The translations under genes were made by a program, and so were the position numbers. From NCBI GenBank assembly GCA_039934475.1, contig JBDTMC010000001.1:1-58736 (forward strand): 58,736 bases of DNA, written 5' to 3'. Each line of letters begins with the position of its first letter. Position 1 is the stretch's first letter. The notes under the pieces are model-generated. The model was not told where the DNA came from, searched no databases, and worked only from the letters and a program-made list of their open reading frames with translations. Shown here one piece after another: positions 1 through 8,781 of this stretch. The DNA is from Bryobacteraceae bacterium (GTDB taxonomy: Bacteria; Acidobacteriota; Terriglobia; Bryobacterales; Bryobacteraceae).

Positions 1-496
1 AGCGATCGAGGCGTTCGAGGCGGCGGTCGAGGGCGAGGCCGAATTCGCCGTTGGTAAGTTCGGCCTGGTGGGCGCGGGTGATGCGGAGGGAGGCGTGGGC
101 GTTGAAGAACTCGCGGTCGAAGCGGGGGCGCTGATCATCGATGCGGATGATGACGGAGTTACGCTGGTCGGTCCAGGCACGGCGCATTTCCCATTGCAGT
201 TTGACGAGTTGTTCGACGCAGGCGAATTCGGAGTGGTCCTGAGGCTGGAAGCGATGGAGGTAGGCTTCGTGTAAGTGGACGTGACCGGCGTGGGATTCAC
301 CGGGTAAGAGGATGAATTCGCCGTAGTAACCGTGTTTGAAGGCATTCATTTTGGAGATGTCTTTGCCTTCCTGGGTTTTGGGGCCTTTGGATTTGGTGCC
401 GTTGGCGCGGGAGGTTTCGACTTGCTTGGGGGTGCGGGGGGCCTTTGGTTTGGCGGCGCCGTTGCCGTTGAGATTCGGTTCGGTTTGTTCAGACAT
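1..496 (-). CDS. hypothetical protein, N-terminal part only (runs off window start)
   Basis: Minus-strand frame is open from ATG at 494-496 to the window edge. It is absent from the supplied track because no stop lies in the window. Translation MSEQTEPNLNGNGAAKPKAPRTPKQVETSRANGTKSKGPKTQEGKDISKMNAFKHGYYGEF... has a Lys/Pro-rich N-terminus followed by an NAxKHG-type motif. Confidence 0.5.
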   Translation of the reverse strand, partial: MSEQTEPNLNGNGAAKPKAPRTPKQVETSRANGTKSKGPKTQEGKDISKMNAFKHGYYGEFILLPGESHAGHVHLHEAYLHRFQPQDHSEFACVEQLVKLQWEMRRAWTDQRNSVIIRIDDQRPRFDREFFNAHASLRITRAHQAELTNGEFGLALDRRLERLDR

Positions 497-530
497 GGAA
501 ATACCTTTCTTGTTGGTTGCATGTGTGGCA

Positions 531-638
531 GGCGCACAGCGGTCCTGCTCCGGGGGAAGCGTAGCAGGAGGGCGGGACGAATCCGTTCGGTGGGTTTAGC
601 TATGTGATTGATGGGATGGGAGATAGAGGCGTGGAAAA
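531..638. repeat. direct repeat R1, copy a (108 bp)
   Basis: Hand alignment to 4201-4308 gives 106/108 identical positions. Contains hairpin CCTGCT(544-549)...AGCAGG(563-568). Weaker similarity continues about 30 bp further on both sides. Confidence 0.9.
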
Positions 639-1037
639 GTCGTCACTGACGATTTGGCTGCGGCTGGGGGTAAGTTTTTGGCGTTGCCGGATGGAGTGGA
701 CTCGGCGTTTTTGCGTGATCAGGCGAAGGCGTTCAGATTGGGGCCAGTTAAAGGAAGTTTCGGGCGTCGGGATGAAAGCGCACAATGCCTCTCGATTCGC
801 CGCCGCAGTTAGCTATCGATATTCATGGATAATGGGCCCGTCGCGATGGACTGCGTCGACCATTGAGTGTCCGCCTCGGCGGGTTGTGCCCCGACTACTC
901 CAACGCAGATATCGCCAGCCGGGTCAAACACAGAGTTTCAGGGGTGGCGGCCATCCGGGCGGCGCGGTAGAGCGGCAAGCGCCACAGTTCTGTTCGGAGC
1001 CCGGCCGACTCGCTCTATTCCCCGGTGATGTCCTCCT

Positions 1038-2073
1038 TTAGGGTTGGCCGTCGCTCGGCGCGAGCGTAAGGATGAAGCCGTGGTCCTTGTGGTGAGAGTC
1101 GGTATAAGACCCGATGATCACGTCATGGTCGTTGATTCCGTGGACAGATGTTCGCTCGGAATCGGGTGGAATAATGAACGTCCAAGAGCCTGCTGAGAAC
1201 TGGAGAACTCCCTGTATAGGGAACGGCGACTTGTTGCCCAGTGTGGTTCCCACCATGACGTTTCGGTTGTTGAACGCGGATGGAAGGAAATTGCCTGGGC
1301 CCGTGTACGTGGTTAAACTGCCTCCCAAGCTCAGAAGAAATCCCTCATTCCCAAGTCCATCCTCGCCGAGGACTGAGCCGGACTCATTAATCGCGACCAG
1401 AGCGCTAATGCTTAGACCTGGCGGAGCAAACGTTAATGAGACCAGTGGACTGCGTCCATAAGAAGCTATGTTCGTTGTCTGCCGAGTCCCAGTAGTAACC
1501 CACCACAACATTCCTGTTATTGATACCTTGGGGCCGGATATACGGTGAGCCTGGCACGTCGATAGTTGCGAATCGGCCGTCGGGGAACCGAACGAAGCCG
1601 TGAGGACCGGGAGTTTCATAGTAGCCGGTGACAGTGCCCAGGTCATTCATTTGCAAGGGAACTGTGTTCAGGGCACCCGGCGCATCGAAGGTGGTGATTG
1701 CCCCATCAGGGGTTCTCAGGAAGCCGTGAACTGTATTAGCGGCGATATACCTACCGACGACTGTACCCGCCTCGTTAATGAGGGCCGCATCGGTGGAGTC
1801 GGCTCCGGGAACGTCGAACGTAGTGAAGGTTCCGCTTGGGTCCCGAACGAGTCCGTGGTTCACGCACGAACCTGAAATGACGCCTTTGTTGTTGATGCTC
1901 TCCGGGCTAAGGGATCCACAGCCCGGTGTGTCCAGAATTTGGTATGTACCCTTCAGTGGAAGAGGAGGTAAGGTTTGAGAATGGAGCGCTCCAGGAACCA
2001 GGCAGGCTGCGAAGAGCGCCGGGCAGAACAGAGTAGATGAGCGTAGGCAAGTCATTGATGTTGTCTCCTTCAT
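1038..2073 (-). pseudogene. secreted repeat protein (repeated INNxGxVVG...HGF[LI] units, HAF-repeat-like) with one frame break
   Basis: ORFs 1405..2073 and 1038..1646 carry the same repeat unit in two frames. The N-terminus MKETTSMTCLRSSTLFCPALFAACLVPGALHS looks like a signal peptide. The frames can be joined near the A3 run at 1428-1430 to give ...HSFLWTQSTGLINV/APPGLSISALVAINESGSVLG. Confidence 0.6.
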
Positions 2074-2438
2074 CGAGGAATTCGTGTCGCGAAACGGCGG
2101 ACCGTTTCAAATTTCGGGATCGCGTCGAGCATGTTCCTTCGCAGCAACAAGCGGATCAAAGATGATAACGTCATCGCTACTACACGGTCGTCGAAAGCCG
2201 GCGCCTGAAATCTGGTGGAGTCACGCAGCGCCAAGTGCTCTATCTCGGAGAAATCAGTGATAGCCAGACATGGACCTGGCGCAAGACGATGGAAGTGTTT
2301 GATGAACACCGGCGCCGTTCATCTGCCATCGTCCAACTTTAACGCAAGCCTTTGCGGGCCATGCCGCGGCACCCGTCCGCAGTGCCGCTCGAAAGCATAA
2401 GAGTCACTACGGCGTATTCGCCGTTGCCAGCGCTTCGG

Positions 2439-4064
2439 TCACTTCTCGGCCGCGTAGCTGTGCGCCCAGACCAATTCAGGCCTAGAAGTGTCGGCGTCTT
2501 TGGCAATTTCCAGAAGTTGAAGCGCGTAGGCGCGGGCTTCGGCTGCCTGCCCCGACTTGTCGGCTGCCCTGGCAGCGCCCGCAGTGGCGTTGAAGCGGCG
2601 CGGCGCAATCTTCAAAACCGCCTGATACTCCGTCGCGGCTTCAACCGCCGCGCCGCTTTCCAGCAGCAGATCGGCCAGTATCTCGCGTACGGGCAGCAAC
2701 GCCCCCGGCGTCACGGGGTGTTTGTCCACTGCATCCTCATGGTCGGCAGCTGCGCGTAGCAGTTGCAGACCCTCGGCCTTCTTGCCTTCGGCGAATGTGA
2801 TTAGCGCCACTGCGGCTTCCAACTGCGCGCCTATAGAACCGGCCCAATCGTAATCGCGGGTTGCCGGCAAGGCCTCACGGATCGCGCTGATTTGCTCAGC
2901 CGAACGGCGCGCCGACGCCGCGTCACCAGCGCGTGCCGCCCCGACTGCTCTGGCATAATGCACCAGGGCTTCGACGTTTCGGAAACGGTGCCACGGGAAC
3001 CATACCGGCTGAATCTCCAGGGCGGCGGCAGCTTTCCAGTCGTGCCGCTCCAGGGCCCAACGCGCTGGAACGGCCGCAAACGCGTAGGCGGCGGCGAACT
3101 GCTTCTCGTCGAGTCTGTTGATGGCCATTAGCTCCGTCACGAGCCTTTGAGCGCTCTTGTCCTTCGCCTGCTGCAGATAGGCGTAGACCAGGTAATCCAT
3201 AGCGTGGAGCTGATCGAATGCGCCACCGCCTCCGTGCAGCCTCTGCGCCTGCGCGATGGCCGATCGCACCGCGGCCGTGTTCGATGTGATCGAGTCGTCC
3301 CACAGGCCCAGCCGGGTGAAGATGTGAGACGGCATATGCAGTGCGTGCGACGAATCCGGCGCGATCTTCGCGTAGGCGCGCGCTGCCTGGAGGCCGATTT
3401 CCGCCGTGGACGGGTAGTCTACGCTGTGAATGATGTAGTGGGCCACGCCAGGGTGATTCCGGTGTCGTGGCAGCAGTTGATTGAGAATCCCAGAGCCCTC
3501 CTTCTGCCACTTGTACGTCTTGTCGGTCGGGTCGAGGTAGCCGATCGCGACCAATTGCAGCGCGTGAAAGATAGCGGCCTCATCGTCGTCGGGGTAGCGT
3601 TCGCTGACCTTGGCCAGCGCCCGTTCGTAGGCCTTCGCGCGGGTCGCGTGATCCACCGTCTCCCAATCCTGATAGAACACGGCCAGGGAATTGATATAAC
3701 CGCGTTCGCGCTCGGTTTTCGCGCCGGCCTTCAGGGCCAAATCCAGGGCTGCAGTGCCTTGCTTCAGTTCGTCCCGTGCCGGAGGCGCCCAGATCGGGTG
3801 ATACCAGGTTCGGGCGACGCCCCAGTGGGCCATGCCGCAGGTCGGGTCCGCCTTGGCCGCATTGATGAACGTGAGGCGCGCTTCCTCGTACCCGAAGGAA
3901 TGCAGCATAGCTGCTGCACGGGAAATCAACGTCTGCGCCGGGGTGTTGCATGAGGTCGAAAGACTAACGGCGCCGAGACCTGCAACGGCGTTTTGATGTT
4001 TGGAGTGATCGTCCTGGCCGGCTACCGCGAGTACTGCGCCAAGAATTACTAGTACGAGGCGCAT
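2439..4064 (-). CDS. secreted TPR-like/helical repeat protein of unknown function
   Basis: 555-aa ORF. The likely start is the internal ATG at 4062-4064 (MRLVLVILGAVLAVAG, signal-like). The body is a long Ala/Leu-rich helical repeat region. Confidence 0.7.
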   Translation of the reverse strand: MRLVLVILGAVLAVAGQDDHSKHQNAVAGLGAVSLSTSCNTPAQTLISRAAAMLHSFGYEEARLTFINAAKADPTCGMAHWGVARTWYHPIWAPPARDELKQGTAALDLALKAGAKTERERGYINSLAVFYQDWETVDHATRAKAYERALAKVSERYPDDDEAAIFHALQLVAIGYLDPTDKTYKWQKEGSGILNQLLPRHRNHPGVAHYIIHSVDYPSTAEIGLQAARAYAKIAPDSSHALHMPSHIFTRLGLWDDSITSNTAAVRSAIAQAQRLHGGGGAFDQLHAMDYLVYAYLQQAKDKSAQRLVTELMAINRLDEKQFAAAYAFAAVPARWALERHDWKAAAALEIQPVWFPWHRFRNVEALVHYARAVGAARAGDAASARRSAEQISAIREALPATRDYDWAGSIGAQLEAAVALITFAEGKKAEGLQLLRAAADHEDAVDKHPVTPGALLPVREILADLLLESGAAVEAATEYQAVLKIAPRRFNATAGAARAADKSGQAAEARAYALQLLEIAKDADTSRPELVWAHSYAAEK

Positions 4065-4200
4065 GAGATGCTCCGATCCGGGGCAATCCGTCCGAATTGG
4101 TCTCACACCACCCCTTCCAACCGAGGGAATCCGGCGAGTACATCCTCAGGGCATTGTAGCTCACCGGCCGAAGTGTCTGGGCTCAACTGCCCGCATGCCT

Positions 4201-4308
4201 GGCGCACAGCGGCCCTGCTCCGGGGGAAGCGTAGCAGGGGGGCGGGACGAATCCGTTCGGTGGGTTTAGCTATGTGATTGATGGGATGGGAGATAGAGGC
4301 GTGGAAAA
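4201..4308. repeat. direct repeat R1, copy b
   Basis: Near-identical to 531-638, with an offset of exactly 3670 bp. Confidence 0.9.
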
Positions 4309-4867
4309 TCTGTGACCTAAGATTGGCGCCGGTGGATGATGGAGAAGGCGAATACGTGTTCGACGAGCGAACTGGGCACGTACGAACGTCACCTCCTCAG
4401 AGCCCAACACCGTCTGCGCCTTTCGGGACCAGCTTCTGGGAGAACACCTTGGTCGGGGATAGGTCTTGCATGGAATCGCGAAGCTTTGCAGCCAGGGCGA
4501 TTTCAAACCGGCGATGGCGCCGGGCTCCACTACTACACCGTGATTGTGGATGGCGCGGAAGTAAGCGATCCCGGCAGCACGGCGTACTTCGGTGGCAGCA
4601 AATGGGCGAGCGCGGTTCAAGTGCCGGAAGCGGGTGAGACGTATTTATCTGCCGCAGAATGTCTCCCAGGGACAGGTCCGGGAGGTATAGTATGACTCAA
4701 AGGTCACCGGCACCTGGCGGCACGCGTTGGTATACACGCCGCCGGGCTACGACGCACGGCTGAAAGAGCGCTACGAATGGCAGACATGGCGACGTAATTT
4801 GCAGGACTTTGCTCCGCGGCTGTTCCAACCGGCGGGGCAGGCGTCGGCGTCCGCGCGGTTGAGGTAA
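4278..4867 (+). pseudogene. carbohydrate-esterase-like (putative esterase family) gene remnant
   Basis: Esterase-like segments lie in different frames: ...GLHYYTVIVDGAEVSDPGSTAYFGGSKWASAVQVPEAG..., then ...NVSQGQVREV*YDSKVTGTWRHALVYTPPGYDARLKERY, joined directly to the C-terminal tail EWQTWRRNLQDFAPRLFQ. There is an in-frame TAG at 4688-4690, and the whole catalytic core between RY and EW is missing. Confidence 0.75.
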
Positions 4868-4940
4868 AGCGGGGGGCGCAGCGGGCTGAGGCTTTGCGCG
4901 GTTGAGGTGCGATCGCTGCGAGAGTGGAACAGGGTAGACG
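4760..4940. repeat. direct repeat R2, copy a (esterase 3' end and downstream)
   Basis: Aligns with 5239-5410 at roughly 85% identity with several indels (hand alignment). Confidence 0.8.
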
Positions 4941-5117
4941 CCTCCCGGAGGCGGCCGTGCTGACATCGCTCATTGGGCGGACTGTTCTGGTGAAATACAG
5001 CCGTGCACCGCTTGTGCTGTTAATGATCTATTGGGCGGGCATCCTTTAAGTCCCGAAATCTATCGAAAACACGCCTTTAACTCCCAAAAAGTGATAATCG
5101 AGCCACAGCAGGGCAGG

Positions 5118-5972
5118 CTAATGCCCGATTTCTCTGCCAGGAGATTTTCGTGTCGCCCCGTGGGATCGCGGGGGCGCTGTCGCGCAAGACCAAACTGGGC
5201 CGACTGAGACAGATCGGATCCAGGCTCTAACACGCAGTTTGAAAGAGAGCAAAACGTGGCGCTGTAATTTGCAGGACTTTGCGCCGCGACTGTTCCAGCC
5301 AGTAGGGCAGGCGTCGGCGTCCGCGCGGTTGAAGTAGAGCGGGGGCGTAGCGGGCTTAGGCAGTTGAGTGGTTGGGGGGAATCGCTGCAGAAGTGGGAAC
5401 AGGGTCAACGGTTGCATGTGCACTCGAAGCACCGCAACGGTCTGGAGCAGACCTTGCCTGGCGAGCGTTTCCAGGTATTCTACCAATGTCTTGGGAGGGT
5501 TCTTAAGGCTCTCGCGATGATTCTGGGCCGCTTCCACAACAGCATGGGGCGCAAGGTGGAGGAGGTGAAGGACGAATTCGTCGGGATGTTGGGCTTTAAT
5601 GCCGAACGATCCAACGGTGTCAGCAGGAAAGTCTCGCAGGTTCATCGTTACGATGACGTCCGCACGACCCATAATGGCGGCAGCCACGACATGCCTGTCG
5701 TTGGGATCGGGAAGATGTAAACCGGGGATAAGATGCTGGTAGCCGGTGACAAGTGTATTGATGGCATGCGTGTCCATCAAGACCCGCGTACGTTCCAGTT
5801 TGTCGCGGGTGACGTCGGACCGGTGTTGTAGCAGACTGGAAATCCATTCTTCATGAACGTCCGCCGACCATTTCGCGCGAAAGAGCCCAGTGAGGGCTAG
5901 ATGCATCAGGAGGTTCCGAAGTTCCGCAGGATAGAGGACGTTGGCGTCATAGAAGGCGGTGAACCCAGCCAC
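5118..5972 (-). CDS. PIN-domain toxin (VapC-like); ORF extended about 97 codons into antisense repeat R2b
   Basis: GTG start at 5970-5972. The N-terminus FYDANVLYPAELRNLLMHLA...DPNDRHVVAAAIMGRADVIVTMNLRDF is typical of PIN proteins that pair with HTH antitoxins. Recognisable homology ends near aa 187 (about 5410). The rest reads through R2b and looks non-native. Confidence 0.7.
   Translation of the reverse strand: MAGFTAFYDANVLYPAELRNLLMHLALTGLFRAKWSADVHEEWISSLLQHRSDVTRDKLERTRVLMDTHAINTLVTGYQHLIPGLHLPDPNDRHVVAAAIMGRADVIVTMNLRDFPADTVGSFGIKAQHPDEFVLHLLHLAPHAVVEAAQNHRESLKNPPKTLVEYLETLARQGLLQTVAVLRVHMQPLTLFPLLQRFPPTTQLPKPATPPLYFNRADADACPTGWNSRGAKSCKLQRHVLLSFKLRVRAWIRSVSVGPVWSCATAPPRSHGATRKSPGREIGH
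5239..5410. repeat. direct repeat R2, copy b
   Basis: Second, more degraded copy of the esterase tail (..TGTAATTTGCAGGACTTTGCGCCGCGACTGTTCCAGCC..GGCAGGCGTCGGCGTCCGCGCGGTTGAAGTAGAGC..). Confidence 0.8.
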
Positions 5973-5976
5973 GGGT

Positions 5977-6427
5977 TCAAATTCCTAATTCCTGGTCGTA
6001 GGCTGCTAGTTCTGTGAGCGCCGCGCGGCGGGCCGCATCCGCACGGCGCTTGTAGGCAATCAATGCTTCCAATCGAACGCGCCGATGGGTACCGACCCGC
6101 CGGAATTCGATTTTGCCCCTCGTCGAGAAGTTGAATGAGAGAAGGCCGCGAGATATTCAGCATGTCGGCCGCTTCCTGCGTGGTGAGTTCCGCATGAACG
6201 GGGATAACGGTGACCGCATTCCCTCGCCCCATCTCTTCGAGAATGCGAATCAGCATTCGTACCGCAGAGGCGGGAATCTTTACGGTCCCCTTTGCCGGGT
6301 CGTCGAGGAGACGAAGCCGGAGCGGCTCTGCTGTCTGCAGGCGCGAGGTGAGAACCCTGCTCGAGTGTTTGGCAAGGGCCGCTTCGGCCTCAGACGGAAG
6401 CTTTGGTGTTGGTGTTCCCTGTGCCAT
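5977..6427 (-). pseudogene. helix-turn-helix (excisionase/MerR-like HTH) antitoxin, frameshifted
   Basis: ATG at 6427 preceded by AAGGAG. The HTH segment is [24 protein letters not shown]. After the C4 run at 6116-6119 the native continuation [45 protein letters not shown] lies in another frame. Its stop at 5977-5979 is 5 nt upstream of the toxin start. Confidence 0.7.
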
Positions 6428-6468
6428 GTTGCGCTCCTTTGTTCCAGCTAATTCAGATTAGCATATAC

Positions 6469-6502
6469 TCGAAGCAATCGAAGGCAGTCGAAGTATTCGA
6501 AA
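6469..6502 (-). promoter_or_regulatory. four phased TCGAA[G/A] direct repeats overlapping the putative antitoxin promoter
   Basis: TCGAAG at 6469, 6478 and 6488, and TCGAAA at 6497 (9-10 bp spacing). They sit immediately upstream, in the minus sense, of a TATATGCTAAT -10-like box and the AAGGAG-ATG of the antitoxin. Confidence 0.45.
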
Positions 6503-6710
6503 CTGACGCGGTCTTTGAGGCAGACGAAGGCGTCACGCTGATGCTTCTTTGACTCAAACATTCTTATCGGGTCGCTTGAGCCATTGCCGCCGCGAGACTC
6601 TACCGGCCGGCTCCGCTTGGCCGACGATGCGGGAATTAAGGGATAGAACGGCGTTTATGGGGAGTAATCCACAAACCTAACGACGAGCGGTAGAAGACGA
6701 ACGCCGGGAG

Positions 6711-7442
6711 TCAGGAAAACTGCTGCGCGAGCGCGTCGCAGAGTTGGACGAAAGAAAGCAAATCAATCTCCGCCATCCACCCGGTCTTCTGCTCGAAATC
6801 GTCGTAGCAGAAAATGCGCGGTTTAATGAAGTGCTGGTACGGATTGCCACTCTCGTTGCTGTCCAGTACGATGTTCTTCGCGTGCATAATCTTGTTGCAC
6901 GCTTCTCGCAGTGGTAGTGGTTGGAACGCCGTGTCACCAACCTGCTTGAAGAGGTTACCTACCGCGTCTTCGAGCCAGTCCCTCTGCGCTCGTTCGTTGT
7001 CGGCGTTTCCCGCGCCAATAAATCGCACCGCGACCGCCGTCTGGAGAAGGATGCGCATGATTTCGGAATCCTGGAACTCATCGCGCAGTCCCTGCCACGG
7101 GCAGAAATCCCCGCCGTCCGAAAGTTCCGCCAAATACTCACTCGTTTGGAAATAGCAGACCAGCCTATAAAGATCGAGCCGCAGCACCTGTCCGGGAAGA
7201 CTCAGGCCGATGTGGTTGATGCGAAGACCGAGATCGCGCTGGTATCCCTGCGCCTCTTCCGACGATAATGTTCCATCATCCAGCATGACGCCAACACTAT
7301 AGCAGGGTGCCTCGCGCGCGGGCTGCCAAACGTAGTCTGCCAGACGAGTACTAGGGATTCTTCCAGCACAAGGTTTAATCGGCCTCGGCATGATCCCGAT
7401 TGAATCGTTGACGGCATTGCGGAGCAGTTGCTTACTTCCCAA
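6711..7442 (-). CDS. hypothetical protein (243 aa), Cys-rich, no family recognised
   Basis: Clean ORF 106 bp downstream of, and co-oriented with, the TIGR02391-like gene. It contains LREACNKIMHA (6882-6908), an R-x7-H spacing that is only loosely HEPN-like. Alternative start at 7391. Confidence 0.6.
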   Translation of the reverse strand: MGSKQLLRNAVNDSIGIMPRPIKPCAGRIPSTRLADYVWQPAREAPCYSVGVMLDDGTLSSEEAQGYQRDLGLRINHIGLSLPGQVLRLDLYRLVCYFQTSEYLAELSDGGDFCPWQGLRDEFQDSEIMRILLQTAVAVRFIGAGNADNERAQRDWLEDAVGNLFKQVGDTAFQPLPLREACNKIMHAKNIVLDSNESGNPYQHFIKPRIFCYDDFEQKTGWMAEIDLLSFVQLCDALAQQFS

Positions 7443-7548
7443 ATAGCGCTGTTTAGGCGCTGACGTGCCGGAACAAGAACTGACACCATGCGCGCCAATC
7501 CGCGCTTTGTTGATGGCCTTAGGTCAGCCCATCAGTGATGTTTTGTCG

Positions 7549-8379
7549 TCATTCGCTCGCCGGCGCTTCCCAGTCATCGACAGGAGGGTGCGCCATCGTC
7601 ATCTCATGCATGATTCGGAATCGCTGCGCCTCGACAATTCGCAGGAGCGTGCTCGCGGAGACGATCACCTCGGCCGCTTCCTCAGCCGTACTGCCGACAT
7701 GACGGTGCCCTGTCGAGTTGCGAAACACGCCAATGGCACCCGCGAACAGATGCGCCATGGATTCCTGCTCCGCCACAGGCCGACGCGTCTCTGTGAGTGG
7801 TCCCGGCGAAATCGGTTGTCCCCTCTTATCGCCCGCAGGCCTGAAAGCGACTCGCATTAGATCAGGACCGTAGTACGGCTCATCCTGCAAGGAGCCCGCT
7901 TCACGAACGGCCATTTCCACCTGCCGGAAGGCTTCAAAGATCGCTGTGTCGTATTTGCCGCTCAGAAAGATCGGGTAAACCTCGTTCCCGATGAGCGGGT
8001 GAAGCTGATGCTTTGGCAACAGACTTCCCTTCCGGTAGGAGGCGTATTTATCTCGTGTCTTGATCGCCTTGCCGCGACGCGTGATGAAATAGAGCTGGGA
8101 GCTGTCAAGCTCCCGCGCCAGCAATCCGTCACTTTGCAGCCAACTCCACGCTTCCAACAGCGCTCTTTGAAGCTCCGTTTGATTGGCCCCGGGGTACGAC
8201 GGATTCTTCCAGAGCCAATTGAAAAACTCCGACTGGCTCACTCTCCCGTGTTGCGCGATCGCACTACTGCCAGCATCCGCCCAGGCGTTCAGATAGACAA
8301 GCAGCACGCCGGCTAGGTCCTCCACCGGAAGCGAAAAGAAATCGACGGTGTTTGGAATCAGCTGCGTGAGCGGGTACAT
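7549..8379 (-). CDS. TIGR02391 (hypoth_ymh)-family protein with HEPN-type RNxxxH motif
   Basis: The C-terminal half ...YDTAIFEAFRQVEMAVREAG...LMRVAF...GPL...ESMAHLFAGAIGVFRNSTGHR...EEAAEVIVSASTLLRIV matches my recollection of the TIGR02391 pattern. The R-N-S-T-G-H motif is at 7705-7722. Confidence 0.7.
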   Translation of the reverse strand: MYPLTQLIPNTVDFFSLPVEDLAGVLLVYLNAWADAGSSAIAQHGRVSQSEFFNWLWKNPSYPGANQTELQRALLEAWSWLQSDGLLARELDSSQLYFITRRGKAIKTRDKYASYRKGSLLPKHQLHPLIGNEVYPIFLSGKYDTAIFEAFRQVEMAVREAGSLQDEPYYGPDLMRVAFRPAGDKRGQPISPGPLTETRRPVAEQESMAHLFAGAIGVFRNSTGHRHVGSTAEEAAEVIVSASTLLRIVEAQRFRIMHEMTMAHPPVDDWEAPASE

Positions 8380-8545
8380 AGCTAATCATGCCGTTTTCGT
8401 CTATTCGGCGGCAAGTGATGCGATCTCAGTCGCCCTTTCAATACCCCGCCGTTGGTCGCTAGATCGAGGCGTCAGGATCAACGGCGCACTACTTTGCGGG
8501 TCGCGCCTTGATTGTTGATCATTCGAAAGTTGGGCGGATTAGTCC

Positions 8546-8590
8546 CCGCAAGTCGGAATGGGACAGTTCAACTTCCGGGTAGTGCGTCAC
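8546..8590 (+). repeat. R4 hairpin-type repeat, copy a
   Basis: CCGCAAGTCGGAATGGGACAGTTCAACTTCCGGGTAGTGCGTCAC matches 9822-9866 at 37/45 positions. Confidence 0.75.
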
Positions 8591-8781
8591 TCGCTCGGAG
8601 CGCGGGGAGCGGTTGCATTCCGGCCGAACTTGGGCCGCTCAGCCTGCGCGAAGTTGATCTTGGCGGTAAGCCCTGATTCGCCTGCGCGCTCAATCAGACT
8701 GAAAGGGGGGCGCGCTCGGCGGCGTGCGTGCGACGCTGTATGACAATGACGATTCCGTGATGCGGCTGCACCTGAACACCG

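Noticed and set aside
604-1041. ORFs in the 600-1037 gap (604..1041 +, 600..785 -) and at 2070..2309 (-).
   Set aside because: The translations are Arg/Trp/Cys-rich and non-protein-like. Part of the region is repeat R1 or its degenerate flank. More likely it is non-coding or decayed sequence.
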